Positions 13,134 through 24,224 of a stretch of 64,000 bases of DNA are shown here, one piece after another. The translations under genes and the position numbers were made by a program. The notes under the pieces are model-generated. The model ran no database searches. It had not been told where the DNA came from and was given only the letters and a program-made list of their open reading frames with translations. The number at the start of each line of letters is the position of its first letter. The first letter of the stretch is position 1. Origin of the DNA: Escherichia coli (GTDB lineage Bacteria; Pseudomonadota; Gammaproteobacteria; Enterobacterales; Enterobacteriaceae); the NCBI RefSeq assembly GCF_003334305.1, contig NZ_QOWS01000010.1, one strand, 5' to 3'.

Positions 13134-13415
13134 TCATTGTTTTTCCTCAAGCCAGTGACGCGCTTCACTGCGAATTTTCCGCATTGCCCCGGTTTTCACT
13201 AAATCCCGTAACAGCGAAAGATCGGGTTGTTCGACAAATAAGAGTAATGATGGATCCTCTTTTAACCACGTCGTTTTCACATCGGCAGCGAGCTGTGGAT
13301 TATTCATAGCTAGCGACCGATGCCGAGACTCGGTCAATGTCGTTAACAACGACGCCGGGGTATGTGCGTTGCGTAATGCCGTTTGGCGCAAATGATCATT
13401 GCGACTTTGCAGCAA
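13134..13415 (-). CDS. ykiA: Small hypothetical protein, probably YkiA; TTG start, possibly a degenerate gene
   Basis: 93-aa ORF between rdgC and ppnP on the expected strand; non-repetitive charged composition; start codon TTG and no convincing SD. Confidence 0.4.
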   Translation of the reverse strand: MLQSRNDHLRQTALRNAHTPASLLTTLTESRHRSLAMNNPQLAADVKTTWLKEDPSLLLFVEQPDLSLLRDLVKTGAMRKIRSEARHWLEEKQ

Positions 13416-13622
13416 TGCACGCCACCATTCATCATCTGATTTATCTTTTATCGTAGCCAGTTCCGCAACAATATCTGGAGATCTTCACTGATATTTATAT
13501 CAACCTTGATGAATTATGAATATATCGGAAATTGAAAAAATCGCAGCAAAGGAAATATTATTATGGGTTAAAGAGAGGATATTTCAGAAAAATGCCCTCC
13601 CGTTCAAGGGGAAGGCGAGGAA

Positions 13623-13907
13623 TTACAGATAGCGACACAGATAAGAGGTGGGTTCGGCAACTTGCAGATGAAACTCACTGTGACCGGGAACATTAAACAC
13701 CGAACCGGCTTCATACACCTGCCAGTCGGTCGCGTCAGGCAGTAACACATTCAGCGCGCCACTGATTACCGTCATCTCTTCCGGCTCAGCGGTGCTGAAG
13801 GTGTATTCGCCTTCAACCATAACACCCACGCTGGCGCGACCAGTGCTGCTGCTGGAAAAGCCGATTGATTTCACTTTGCCGGAAAAGTACTCATTACTTT
13901 GAAGCAT
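13623..13907 (-). CDS. ppnP: Pyrimidine/purine nucleoside phosphorylase PpnP (YaiE)
   Basis: 94-aa [20 protein letters not shown]..., cupin-like small protein. Confidence 0.9.
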
Positions 13908-13978
13908 AAACTGGCCCTGTCTGGTAGTTGAACATCTACTTCACTATAGGGGCCAGAGGCGCTGGCTGTCACGCAAAA

Positions 13979-14656
13979 TTACACCAGTAATTCCGCAGCC
14001 AGCCGTGCAATCAATACGTTAGACAGCAAGACAGGAACATCGAGCTGTTTTTGTAGTAAATCGCGATGACGTTGGTGAAATCCTAAACAATCCAGCATGA
14101 TGACATCAGCCCCTTTTGCCAGTAATTCTTTCCCGGCATCAATGATTTTTTGTTCTGAATCATGAATGGGGTTACCCAATGAAAATACCGGCGATTTCTG
14201 CAAAATTTGCCATTTTTGCGCCTGAACGGGCAGCATCTCCTCAACCGGAACGATAACCCCCACCTGATGATCTTCAACAATAGAGGAAACCAGTGGAGGC
14301 AATATTCGCGACGGCTCAAGAAAGATCGTATTACGCGCAGTCATACTACTAATGTTTGCTGTACTCATTAATAAAATGACGTCATAACCCTGATTATCGA
14401 GCACTTCAACCACACCTTGCAGGTCTCGCTCCACTTTACGACGCGAAACATGGGCCAGCTGGTTGTCATTTAATAATGTGAGAATGGTGTCTTCGCCTGC
14501 TTCTGGCGCGTACTCCGCCATCACTTCTTCACGACTTAACTTCCCCAGCAGGCTATGATGGGAAATATTATCTTCGTCAATGTATTCCGTCAGGAGCGGC
14601 AAAACCTCCTGCATAGGTACAATGCCGATGGTCAGGATCGCCAACGACGCACTCAT
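13979..14656 (-). CDS. aroM: AroM protein
   Basis: 225-aa ORF downstream of yaiA/aroL in same orientation. Confidence 0.88.
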
Positions 14657-14913
14657 TGTTCATCCACCTTACTTTTCTTTCGTCGTTAATTACCGGGCAA
14701 GTGTGAAGCACCACTGCTGACACTTACTTGTGCTACAAATGACAAAAAGCGTAGCAGCAGACGTGCACGGCATAATGTAAAGATTCCAAATGATTCCAGT
14801 AATGGATTGTTATTGTTTAATATTCTAATTATTAGAAAAACATGAATTATGAAAAATGTGACGCAGATCCCTTGTAGTGGCACTCAGAATCCCTTCCGAG
14901 CAGTCTGATGCGG

Positions 14914-15114
<201 letters not shown>

Positions 15115-15154
15115 TTATTTCACGGGATGAACGTTAAGTATAGGCGCTCTAAAA

Positions 15155-15679
15155 TCAACAATTGATCGTCTGTGCCAGGGCGCTACGAATTTCAGAAATC
15201 ACCTGGCTGGGTTCGTTTGTTGCGTCGATGATAATATGCGCAACTTCGCGATATAGCGCATCGCGTTCTTCCAGCACTTCCTGAACTTCTTCGCTCAGCG
15301 GTTTTCCCGTTAAGGTTGGCCGTAAATCTTCTTCCGGTGCAGCTTGCAGTCGGTTAACCAGGACTGATACTGGCGCACACAAATAAACCACGATCCCGTT
15401 ATTTTGCATAAAGTGACGATTAAATTCCGTCAGAATAATGCCGCCGCCTGTAGCGATAACGGTGGATGGCGCAGTTACCGCTTCCAGCGCCGCCGTTTCT
15501 CTGGCGCGAAATCCCGCCCACTCTTCCCTTTCGACGATCTCCGCGACCGTCATATTGAGCTGTGATTGCAACCACTGATCGGTATCGACAAACCGACGGT
15601 TAAGCGAATCGGCAAGGGCCATTCCGACCGTTGTTTTACCACAGCCCCGAGGCCCGATCAGAAAAAGAGGTTGTGTCAT
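15155..15679 (-). CDS. aroL: Shikimate kinase II
   Basis: 174-aa ORF with P-loop GPRGCGKTT; recognised as AroL. Confidence 0.95.
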
Positions 15680-15742
15680 CGTGGGTTTTCCCCAATAGGT
15701 CGCAATGCGGCGAAAGCCGGTGTCATGAGAATAGCGATCATA

Positions 15743-15860
15743 CCATCAAACTAGTACAATTTCGATTGTAAAGAAAAAATTCCACTTAAAGTGAAAATCT
15801 CAATACATCCCTTACTATACCAATAAATATTCAAGAATGAAGTGTAAATAATAAATTACA
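15743..15860 (-). promoter_or_regulatory. aroL regulatory region: TrpR operator-like site and TyrR boxes
   Basis: ACTAGTAC half-operator at 15750-15757; TGTAAA-N6-ATTCCA at 15767-15784; strong TyrR box TGTAAATAATAAATTACA at 15843-15860; positioned upstream of aroL. Confidence 0.55.
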
Positions 15861-15861
15861 T

Positions 15862-16320
15862 TTAGCCACGACTACGTTGCACTTCCAGCCACCACTTCTC
15901 CAGCTCCGCGGCAAAGGCCTGGCGGTCACGTTGTGAAAGGCTATCTGGTCCGCCGGTCTGGATCCCACTGGCACGTAAGGTATCCATAAAATCGCGCATC
16001 GTCAGGCGCTCACGAATGGTCGCTGGCGTGTAACGTTCGCCGCGCGGATTAAGCGCCGCTGCGCCTTTCTCGATGGCTTCAGCAGCCAAAGGTATATCTG
16101 CGGTGATCACCAAATCGCCCGCTTCACACTGCCGGACAATTTCGTTATCGGCAACGTCGAAACCTGCCGCGACGCGCAGCGTACGAATAAATCGCGATGG
16201 CGGCACGCGTAAACTCTGGTTTGCTACCAGTACCAGCGGCATCTGCATACGTTCCGCCGCGCGATACAAAATCTCTTTAATTACATTGGGACACGCGTCG
16301 GCATCCACCCAAATTGTCAT
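15862..16320 (-). CDS. yaiI: DUF188 family protein YaiI
   Basis: 152 codons from ATG at 16318-16320 ([26 protein letters not shown]...); track ORF extends upstream into the proC start region. Confidence 0.8.
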   Translation of the reverse strand: MTIWVDADACPNVIKEILYRAAERMQMPLVLVANQSLRVPPSRFIRTLRVAAGFDVADNEIVRQCEAGDLVITADIPLAAEAIEKGAAALNPRGERYTPATIRERLTMRDFMDTLRASGIQTGGPDSLSQRDRQAFAAELEKWWLEVQRSRG

Positions 16321-16439
16321 AAAGTCATCCTTTGTTGGGTAATCCTCTATTGTGTCGCGCTTTTGCCTTCCGGCATAGTTCTGTTTATGCTTCTGCCAGC
16401 GATTATCAAAACAATGAATTTCACGGCAGGAGTGAGGCA

Positions 16440-17249
16440 ATGGAAAAGAAAATCGGTTTTATTGGCTGCGGCAATATGGGAAAAGCCATTCTCGGCGGTC
16501 TGATTGCCAGCGGTCAGGTGCTTCCAGGGCAAATCTGGGTATACACCCCCTCCCCGGATAAAGTCGCCGCCCTGCATGACCAGTTCGGCATCAACGCCGC
16601 AGAATCGGCGCAAGAAGTGGCGCAAATCGCCGACATCATTTTTGCTGCCGTTAAACCTGGCATCATGATTAAAGTGCTTAGCGAAATCACCTCCAGCCTG
16701 AATAAAGACTCTCTGGTCGTTTCTATTGCTGCAGGTGTCACGCTCGACCAGCTTGCCCGCGCGCTGGGCCATGACCGGAAAATTATCCGCGCCATGCCGA
16801 ACACTCCCGCGCTGGTTAATGCCGGGATGACCTCCGTAACGCCAAACGCGCTGGTAACCCCAGAAGATACCGCTGATGTGCTGAATATTTTCCGCTGCTT
16901 TGGCGAAGCGGAAGTAATTGCTGAGCCGATGATCCACCCGGTGGTCGGTGTGAGCGGTTCTTCGCCAGCCTACGTATTTATGTTTATCGAAGCGATGGCC
17001 GACGCCGCCGTGCTGGGCGGGATGCCACGCGCCCAGGCGTATAAATTTGCCGCTCAGGCGGTAATGGGTTCCGCAAAAATGGTGCTGGAAACGGGAGAAC
17101 ATCCGGGGGCACTGAAAGATATGGTCTGCTCACCGGGAGGCACCACCATTGAAGCGGTACGCGTACTGGAAGAGAAAGGCTTCCGTGCCGCAGTGATCGA
17201 AGCGATGACGAAGTGTATGGAAAAATCAGAAAAACTCAGCAAATCCTGA
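16440..17249 (+). CDS. proC: Pyrroline-5-carboxylate reductase
   Basis: 269 codons from ATG 16440 ([20 protein letters not shown]... Rossmann NAD(P)-binding motif). Confidence 0.95.
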   Translation: MEKKIGFIGCGNMGKAILGGLIASGQVLPGQIWVYTPSPDKVAALHDQFGINAAESAQEVAQIADIIFAAVKPGIMIKVLSEITSSLNKDSLVVSIAAGVTLDQLARALGHDRKIIRAMPNTPALVNAGMTSVTPNALVTPEDTADVLNIFRCFGEAEVIAEPMIHPVVGVSGSSPAYVFMFIEAMADAAVLGGMPRAQAYKFAAQAVMGSAKMVLETGEHPGALKDMVCSPGGTTIEAVRVLEEKGFRAAVIEAMTKCMEKSEKLSKS

Positions 17250-17265
17250 TGACTTTCGCCGGACG

Positions 17266-18381
17266 TCAGGCCGCCACTTCGGTGCGGTTACGTCCGGCTT
17301 TCTTTGCTTTGTAAAGCGCCAAATCTGCCGATTTCAACCACTCACGATAGTGACTCATTTGTGGGTTCAGCGGCGCAACCCCCACACTAATCCGTAAAGT
17401 TACCTGTGGCGTATTCGGCAAGCGTAACGTGTTTAGCCCTTCACGCACCCGTAACATGGCGGTAATGGCGCTCTCAGCTGGCGTACCGGACATGATTACT
17501 GCAAACTCATCGCCGCCAAACCGACCAATCACATCGCTACCGCGCAGGGTAATTTGTAACTGTCGGGTAAGCGCCACAATCGCTTCATCGCCCACATCAT
17601 GACCCCAGGTATCGTTGATGCTCTTGAAATGGTCGATATCGATAATCAGTAACGTTGCATCGCGATTATGCCGCCGACAGTTATCAAATTCATTGCGTAA
17701 CATAGTTTCCCAATGACGTCGGTTATACACGCCCGTCATGCCGTCGCGGGTACTCATGACCTGCAACCTGCGTTTATGTTCCGCCAGTTTGGTTGCCGTC
17801 TGGTAGCTGACCCAGCCAAACAGCAGAGGATAAACGACAATAATGGGAAGGGAGAGCCACCATTCCAGCGGCGCACTATTGAACGACACGGTAATGCCCG
17901 TAAGCTCGAGGGTGACAAGGCAGGAAACCACCATCAACACCAGACCCGCGACAAACAGACGGGGGCCGCCTGCCCCCATCAAATTCAGACACATAATCAT
18001 CAACATAGCGGTGGAAGGCAGCACGTTTACGCCCATTACGCCTACCCACATTCCCGCTAATACTGCATCGGTTTTTAAGTTGTAAATTTCCCGGCTAAGC
18101 GGATCGACGGCCCTGCTCGCTATCTGCCAGGCTAAATGCGGCCAGACGAACGCCCAGCCGACCAACACCAGCCACCACCAGCCCGGCGGCGGGTGCGAAA
18201 CCAGCGTTGAAGCAATCGGTAAGAACATGCCAGCCAGGCCAACCGCACGGGGTAGTCTGACGCGACGGGCGAAGCGCAGCCCGGACCGCTGATGTTCGTT
18301 TTGAGGAGTTAAAGGAGGTTCCTCCCCATGCGCCGCCGCTTTTTTGAAAAAGTTTTCATCATTCATTATTTTTGGGAACAT
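17266..18381 (-). CDS. dgcC: Diguanylate cyclase DgcC (AdrA/YaiC)
   Basis: 371-aa ORF; N-terminal MASE2-like membrane domain and C-terminal GGDEF domain (RFGGDEF). Confidence 0.9.
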   Translation of the reverse strand: MFPKIMNDENFFKKAAAHGEEPPLTPQNEHQRSGLRFARRVRLPRAVGLAGMFLPIASTLVSHPPPGWWWLVLVGWAFVWPHLAWQIASRAVDPLSREIYNLKTDAVLAGMWVGVMGVNVLPSTAMLMIMCLNLMGAGGPRLFVAGLVLMVVSCLVTLELTGITVSFNSAPLEWWLSLPIIVVYPLLFGWVSYQTATKLAEHKRRLQVMSTRDGMTGVYNRRHWETMLRNEFDNCRRHNRDATLLIIDIDHFKSINDTWGHDVGDEAIVALTRQLQITLRGSDVIGRFGGDEFAVIMSGTPAESAITAMLRVREGLNTLRLPNTPQVTLRISVGVAPLNPQMSHYREWLKSADLALYKAKKAGRNRTEVAA

Positions 18382-18439
18382 TCAGAAACAATTTTCCCAA
18401 ATTATAGAGACGGGGCTAAAGGCAGAAGTATGAAATTTC

Positions 18440-18465
18440 GGGTGAGCCACTTTCGTAGCTCACCC
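18440..18465 (-). terminator. Stem-loop between psiF and dgcC (weak terminator candidate)
   Basis: GGGTGAGC ... GCTCACCC inverted repeat; following U-run is poor. Confidence 0.35.
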
Positions 18466-18482
18466 GTTAGCACTATCAGGTA

Positions 18483-18803
18483 TCAGGCGGCTTTCTTGAG
18501 GCAGGCACTCATAAACTTATTACGATCATCACCTTTCAGAGATTGTTGCGTTGCTTGATTATTACATTCGCGCATCTTTTGCTGCTGTGGCGTCAAACTT
18601 TTTTCACCAGGCGCAGACTTGCTGTTCTTCAGGCAATCACTCATGTAGGTCTTACGAGCATCCCCTTTCAACGCCTGCGCCGTCGCCTGCTGATTACAGG
18701 AGGTCATACGCTGTTGTTGTGGGGTTAAGGTTCTCTCGGCAGCGCCGACGGTGGTTAAAAAAACCAGACCAAAAAGCAAGGTAACCAGTAATGTTATTTT
18801 CAT
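18483..18803 (-). CDS. psiF: Phosphate starvation-inducible protein PsiF
   Basis: 106 codons from ATG at 18801-18803 (MKITLLVTLLFGLVFLTTVGA signal peptide; duplicated TPQQQ.M..CN.QA motif). Confidence 0.85.
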   Translation of the reverse strand: MKITLLVTLLFGLVFLTTVGAAERTLTPQQQRMTSCNQQATAQALKGDARKTYMSDCLKNSKSAPGEKSLTPQQQKMRECNNQATQQSLKGDDRNKFMSACLKKAA

Positions 18804-18878
18804 AGCACCATCCCTCTTCATGTTTTAACCATGAGCGTTTGCGCCCGTGATCTGCCATTAAGTCTGGTTGCTAACAGC

Positions 18879-18914
18879 AAAAAAACCACCCGGCAGCGAA
18901 AATTCACTGCCGGG
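18879..18914 (-). terminator. Intrinsic terminator downstream of phoA
   Basis: CCCGGCAG...CTGCCGGG stem-loop at 18889-18914 followed on the minus-strand transcript by a U7 run (18879-18888). Confidence 0.7.
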
Positions 18915-18921
18915 CGCGGTT

Positions 18922-20337
18922 TTATTTCAGCCCCAGAGCGGCTTTCATGGTGTAGAAGAGATCGGTCTGGTCGGTCAGTCCAACAACATTGGCGGCATGC
19001 GGGCCATACGCCGCAATACGCAACTGACTGCCGGTATGTTCTTGTGAATCCTCTTCGGAATTCCCGTAACTCATCACCATCACTGCGCCATCTTTAGTAT
19101 TTAGCGCCTGAGTGAGGCCCGGCGCTTTGGTATCCGGCGCAACAACCTGGCTGGCGTGGGCGTGATCAGCGGTGACTATGACCAGCGTGTTACCCTCCTT
19201 TTTAGCGAATTCCAGCGCCCGTTGTACGGCTTCATCGAGATCGACCGTCTCGCCAATTTGCCCACAAGGATTCGCAGCGTGATCCTGTTTATCGATTGAC
19301 GCACCTTCAACTTGCAGGAAAAATCCTTTCTCATTTTTACTCAACAATTCAATGGCTTTGTCGGTCATCTGCGCCAGGGTTGGTACACTGTCATTACGTT
19401 GCGGATTAGGCGTACAGGTGACTGCGGGCTTATCGATATTGCCGTGGTACGTTGCTTTCGGTCCTAGCCAGCGCACTGGCATATTGCCGTCAGCAAACAG
19501 TCCAAGCAGAGGTTTTTGCTGATTCGCTTCCGTCACCGCATTTAGCGAGGCGGCATCGCTGACCAACTGATAACCACGCGCCTGTGCCTGTTCACGCAGC
19601 GTTTTTCCCTGCCATTCACCAGCGGTTGCCGTTTCAGCAAAGGTTTTTGCGCCGCCGCCAAGCGTAACGTCGGCACGAGCGTTAAGCAGCTGTTCGGTAA
19701 TCGCTCCTTTTCCGCCTTTTTCCAGAGCGTTACCCGGACATTTTTCACTGGTCGCGCTCGGACCGTAGCATTTGCGCGAAGTCACATGTGCCACCAGCGC
19801 AGCGGGCGTGGCATCCTGCAACTCTGCGGTAGAAACGTTACCGGTCGCCAGACCTGCGGCTTTTGCCATTTCCAGAATCGTTGGGTGATCTTTTTCGTGA
19901 ATATCGACGCCCAGCGCGCCGTTATAGGTTTTGACACCGGTTGACCAGGCGGTTGCTGATGCAGCCGAGTCGGTGACGTAGTCCGGTTTGCCAGTTTTTT
20001 TATTCAGCGCATAGTGAGTGTATTGCCCGGTAAGCGGTAAGGCATCGATACCTTTAAAAAAGCCGCCCGCACCTTCGGCATAATTACGTGCGGCAGTAAT
20101 TTCCGAATCCCCCATCCCATCGCCAATCAGCAAAATAATATTTTTTGCAGGTTTATCGCTAAGAGAATCACGCAGAGCGGCGGTCTGATCACCCGTTAAG
20201 CGGCGAGCACCGCCGGGTGCAGTAATATCGCCCTGAGCAGCCCGGTTTTCCAGAACAGGCATTTCTGGTGTCCGGGCTTTTGTCACAGGGGTAAACAGTA
20301 ACGGTAAGAGTGCCAGTGCAATAGTGCTTTGTTTCAC
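18922..20337 (-). CDS. phoA: Alkaline phosphatase
   Basis: 471 codons from GTG at 20335-20337 ([21 protein letters not shown] signal peptide, [12 protein letters not shown] active-site region); phoA is known to use GTG. Confidence 0.95.
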   Translation of the reverse strand: MKQSTIALALLPLLFTPVTKARTPEMPVLENRAAQGDITAPGGARRLTGDQTAALRDSLSDKPAKNIILLIGDGMGDSEITAARNYAEGAGGFFKGIDALPLTGQYTHYALNKKTGKPDYVTDSAASATAWSTGVKTYNGALGVDIHEKDHPTILEMAKAAGLATGNVSTAELQDATPAALVAHVTSRKCYGPSATSEKCPGNALEKGGKGAITEQLLNARADVTLGGGAKTFAETATAGEWQGKTLREQAQARGYQLVSDAASLNAVTEANQQKPLLGLFADGNMPVRWLGPKATYHGNIDKPAVTCTPNPQRNDSVPTLAQMTDKAIELLSKNEKGFFLQVEGASIDKQDHAANPCGQIGETVDLDEAVQRALEFAKKEGNTLVIVTADHAHASQVVAPDTKAPGLTQALNTKDGAVMVMSYGNSEEDSQEHTGSQLRIAAYGPHAANVVGLTDQTDLFYTMKAALGLK

Positions 20338-20383
20338 TTTATTTTCTCCATGTACAAATACATTAAAAAATAAAAACAAAGCG

Positions 20384-20417
20384 ACTATAAGTCTCGGCCG
20401 TGACAACTTTATGACAG
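20384..20417 (-). promoter_or_regulatory. phoA promoter with Pho box
   Basis: Minus-strand CTGTCATAAAGTTGTCACGGCC (two 11-bp PhoB repeats) replacing a -35, with -10 TATAGT downstream. Confidence 0.75.
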
Positions 20418-20437
20418 CTGTTGAAAAGATTAACTTT

Positions 20438-20698
20438 TTACTGACGAGGATGCTTCAATAACTTCTTTACGTAATCGCGCAGCAGCTCCGTATCGTCGTC
20501 AGGAATGCTGGCATCGGGCTTTACCTCGTACAGCGCCCCCTCTACCTGATCAATCAACCGCTGTTGGTCATTTTGCGCCATATTGCGAAGCATTGCAGTG
20601 ACGATAATCTCCAAAGCTTCTACCTGCGCACACAGTTCTTTCGACTCTTCTTCTTTTTGGGCAAGCTTAAATAACAACTCAGCAATGAGATTTTTCAT
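20438..20698 (-). CDS. iraP: Anti-adapter protein IraP (RpoS stabiliser)
   Basis: 86-aa [35 protein letters not shown]... Confidence 0.9.
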
Positions 20699-21160
20699 GT
20701 CTGTATTTCCTTATCCAAAGTATGGAGAAGTTAACATTATGTTTCACAACTTCATAGTGTCTGGAAGTATTATTTTTATGACAAAGGAAATACTTTGCGC
20801 AAATATTTTTTGTTTGATTACCAGCGAAACGTTTCTCTTATTTAAATAATTACCCACACAAAATATAGGCTTTTAATTATCAACCTTTATTATAAATAAA
20901 AGTTATGAAATATATTCTCTTCGTTAACTTATAATTAAGAGAAAAAAACTCACCGCATGGCCATTTAAGCCAGGAATAAATTAGCTTCCCGTTCATCATT
21001 TTTGTGATCTTGCGCACATCTTTGAGATAACGCACTTTCTTCACCAGTACGTTGCACGCTTTGTCAGCAGAAGATTGCAACAATCTTTCAGAAGGCCGCG
21101 AATCCCCCGTTTTGTCGTGGTAATGTATGCACTTTGTGTTAGACGGGATAGGTTTTTAAG

Positions 21161-22255
21161 ATGGAAAAACTGCGGGTAGGAATCGTTTTTGGTGGTAAAT
21201 CAGCGGAACATGAAGTGTCTCTGCAATCGGCAAAAAACATTGTCGATGCCATTGATAAAAGTCGCTTCGACGTTGTGCTGCTGGGCATTGATAAACAAGG
21301 GCAATGGCACGTCAGCGATGCCAGCAATTATCTGCTAAATGCAGACGATCCTGCCCATATTGCGTTGCGCCCTTCGGCGACCAGCCTTGCGCAGGTGCCA
21401 GGTAAACATGAGCATCAGCTTATCGACGCGCAAAACGGTCAGCCGTTGCCGACGGTGGATGTCATTTTCCCGATTGTCCACGGTACGCTGGGCGAAGATG
21501 GTTCCTTGCAGGGAATGCTGCGGGTCGCCAATTTACCGTTTGTAGGTTCTGATGTTCTGGCTTCAGCAGCCTGTATGGATAAAGATGTCACCAAACGTCT
21601 GCTACGCGATGCCGGGCTGAACATTGCGCCATTTATTACCCTGACGCGCGCTAATCGTCACAACATCAGTTTTGCCGAAGTGGAGTCTAAACTGGGGTTA
21701 CCACTGTTTGTAAAACCGGCTAATCAGGGCTCTTCTGTTGGTGTCAGCAAAGTAACCAGTGAAGAACAGTACGCAATTGCCGTCGATCTGGCGTTCGAGT
21801 TCGATCATAAAGTGATCGTTGAGCAAGGGATCAAAGGTCGTGAGATCGAATGCGCAGTTCTGGGCAACGACAATCCGCAAGCCAGCACCTGTGGCGAGAT
21901 CGTACTCACCAGCGATTTCTATGCCTACGACACCAAGTACATTGACGAAGATGGCGCGAAAGTGGTAGTTCCGGCAGCCATTGCACCAGAGATCAACGAT
22001 AAGATCCGGGCGATTGCCGTTCAGGCTTATCAGACGTTGGGATGCGCAGGCATGGCGCGTGTAGACGTGTTTTTAACCCCAGAGAACGAAGTGGTGATCA
22101 ACGAGATCAACACACTGCCTGGCTTCACCAACATCAGTATGTATCCGAAGCTGTGGCAAGCCAGCGGTCTGGGTTACACCGATCTGATCACACGTTTGAT
22201 TGAGCTGGCGCTGGAGCGTCACGCTGCGGATAACGCATTGAAAACCACAATGTAA
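21161..22255 (+). CDS. ddlA: D-alanine--D-alanine ligase A
   Basis: 364-aa ORF, ATP-grasp fold, recognised as DdlA. Confidence 0.95.
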   Translation: MEKLRVGIVFGGKSAEHEVSLQSAKNIVDAIDKSRFDVVLLGIDKQGQWHVSDASNYLLNADDPAHIALRPSATSLAQVPGKHEHQLIDAQNGQPLPTVDVIFPIVHGTLGEDGSLQGMLRVANLPFVGSDVLASAACMDKDVTKRLLRDAGLNIAPFITLTRANRHNISFAEVESKLGLPLFVKPANQGSSVGVSKVTSEEQYAIAVDLAFEFDHKVIVEQGIKGREIECAVLGNDNPQASTCGEIVLTSDFYAYDTKYIDEDGAKVVVPAAIAPEINDKIRAIAVQAYQTLGCAGMARVDVFLTPENEVVINEINTLPGFTNISMYPKLWQASGLGYTDLITRLIELALERHAADNALKTTM

Positions 22256-22261
22256 TATTTT

Positions 22262-22293
22262 AACGCCCGATAATATTCTTATTGGGCGTTTTC
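22262..22293 (+). terminator. Intrinsic terminator after ddlA, overlapping the 3' end of convergent yaiZ
   Basis: AACGCCC-loop-GGGCGTT stem followed by TTTT. Confidence 0.6.
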
Positions 22294-22491
22294 AGTTTCT
22301 TCATCGCGACGACGAATAATCAACCCCGCCAGCCAGAAACTAAGCACCCACGTCACCAGACCGACGGCATAGGTCTGCCAACCTTTTGCTTCAAATCCCA
22401 GTAACCCCACCACGCCATTAAGAATGAATATAAGGCCAATGGCGAACGCATAGTAGTGCCAGTCACGGCGGATTTTTACAGGCAGATTCAT
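22279..22491 (-). CDS. yaiZ: Small inner-membrane protein YaiZ
   Basis: 70 codons from ATG at 22489-22491 (MNLPVKIRRDWHYYAFAIGLIFILNG...), two hydrophobic helices. Confidence 0.75.
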   Translation of the reverse strand: MNLPVKIRRDWHYYAFAIGLIFILNGVVGLLGFEAKGWQTYAVGLVTWVLSFWLAGLIIRRRDEETENAQ

Positions 22492-22750
22492 GGCAGCTCC
22501 GTTAACGAAAAACAACATCCTTGCATATTCTGTAACAACCGTCTGTGGTGTAGACAACATTTTCGTAATTGTTAATAAATTTAACTTAAGGTTGCCATTT
22601 TGTGACTCACAACGAAGATTCACGCTTCGGGAATATTCCCAACATCAATTTACCATGATTCTGATATTGACAATCTAAATGACCTGTCAGACTTGCCATA
22701 AGCCGCTGGTATCACACCAGAAGAGAAGCAGATGACTTCCGGAGGTTTTT

Positions 22751-23059
22751 ATGGCTGATTTCACCCTGTCAAAATCGCTGTTTAGCGGAAAATATCGCAA
22801 TGCCTCTTCAACGCCTGGCAACATTGCCTATGCGTTGTTTGTGCTGTTTTGCTTTTGGGCTGGGGCGCAATTGCTGAACCTGTTAGTGCATGCGCCCGGC
22901 GTCTATGAGCGTTTAATGCAGGTCCAGGAAACAGGTCGCCCACGGGTGGAAATTGGTTTAGGTGTCGGCACCATTTTCGGGCTGATCCCGTTTTTAGTAG
23001 GCTGCCTCATTTTTGCAGTGGTGGCGCTATGGCTGCACTGGCGACATCGCCGCCAGTAA
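22751..23059 (+). CDS. yaiY: Inner-membrane protein YaiY
   Basis: 102-aa ORF with two hydrophobic helices. Confidence 0.85.
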
Positions 23060-23069
23060 GATTTACGTT

Positions 23070-23100
23070 GCCAGATACGGCCTAAAACGCCTTATCTGGC
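23070..23100. repeat. REP-like hairpin between convergent yaiY and yaiW
   Basis: GCCAGATA-CGGCCTAAAACGCC-TATCTGGC, 8-bp stem; degenerate REP or bidirectional terminator. Confidence 0.4.
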
Positions 23101-23117
23101 ATGACATTCCTGTTTGA

Positions 23118-24212
23118 TCACTGTTTCATACAACGCGCCCGCCGTTCGTCTACGCGCTTCGCAAACCAGGCCGTAGTCAGGTTGCGGGTGATTTTCGGGC
23201 TTTCCAGTTGAATGCCAGGCAACATTTCGCGGGGTAGTGATTTACCCGTTTTCGCTTCGGCAAGTTGATAAACTTTCTTGTACAGCGCCGTCTCCTCAAA
23301 AGAGAAGCTGTCACCTTTCTCTAACTGACGGCGAATTTCGCTGTCGCTCATCCCCAGTTTTCCCGCCAGTTTGCGCGTTGCCAGTTCGGTTTTCCCGGGT
23401 TCTTTACTGTCGTAACGAATTAAATCACCGTCCAGTGCCAGCTTCACGCCGCTGGCCTTACTGACTGCGTTCTGAAACGCGGCATTACGGCTGGCGTACC
23501 AGCCAGCGTTAAAATCAGCAAAGCGGTATATCGGTGCGCTATAGCTGGCGGGATAATTCAGTAAATGGTAAGTACCAAACCACAACCCGCCGCGGCGACT
23601 GAAGACTTCCTGACGAACTGTACCGTCCATTTTCCACGGATACCCTTTGGTATGCTGTTCGGCAAAAGCAATGCTGACCTGCATCGGCCCACCGGTGCGC
23701 ACAGGATTAAGCGAACCAAACAGCGTCTGCCCCATTGGTACCATGCTGATCAGATCGTCAAAAATCGCGCTCAATTGCTTTTCTGTACGCACCGAATCTA
23801 ACCGTTCGCTATAACTTTTGCCGTTTGGCGATTTGATTTTTAGCGCGGTATGAACCAGAAAAGCAGGAATGTGCATCCGTTCAGCACGACGGTCAATCTC
23901 TTGCCAGGCGATCTTGCTTAAGCCCGGAACGGCCGGATCTGCCTGATAATTTGACTCCTGCTGCGCCACCGCCAGCACCGAGCAGACGTTTTCCAGCGTC
24001 GGTGCCAGCCCCTGACTTTCAAAGGTGGTGGCGAGATCTTTCGCCCAGGCATCGCGGTCTTTCACGCTCGCAGGCATCTTCTGCCGCACGACGCTCGCTA
24101 CATCTATCGCTTTTTCGCCCTTTTTCAACGGTTGCGGAGCCTGACTACTACACCCCGCTAAAACCAGAACCGCCAACAATGACAGCGAAGATAGATGATT
24201 GACGCGCGACAT
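23118..24212 (-). CDS. yaiW: Lipoprotein YaiW
   Basis: 364-aa ORF; lipobox LAGC after signal peptide. Confidence 0.88.
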   Translation of the reverse strand: MSRVNHLSSLSLLAVLVLAGCSSQAPQPLKKGEKAIDVASVVRQKMPASVKDRDAWAKDLATTFESQGLAPTLENVCSVLAVAQQESNYQADPAVPGLSKIAWQEIDRRAERMHIPAFLVHTALKIKSPNGKSYSERLDSVRTEKQLSAIFDDLISMVPMGQTLFGSLNPVRTGGPMQVSIAFAEQHTKGYPWKMDGTVRQEVFSRRGGLWFGTYHLLNYPASYSAPIYRFADFNAGWYASRNAAFQNAVSKASGVKLALDGDLIRYDSKEPGKTELATRKLAGKLGMSDSEIRRQLEKGDSFSFEETALYKKVYQLAEAKTGKSLPREMLPGIQLESPKITRNLTTAWFAKRVDERRARCMKQ

Positions 24213-24224
24213 TACTTCTCCTTT

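Noticed and set aside
16347-17102. 251-aa minus-strand ORF
   Set aside because: Lies entirely antisense within proC; no RBS; proC reading frame is the conserved one.
20880-21083. 67-aa ORF in the iraP-ddlA intergenic region
   Set aside because: TTG start without SD, AT-rich promoter-like DNA; more likely part of the ddlA/iraP regulatory region than a gene.
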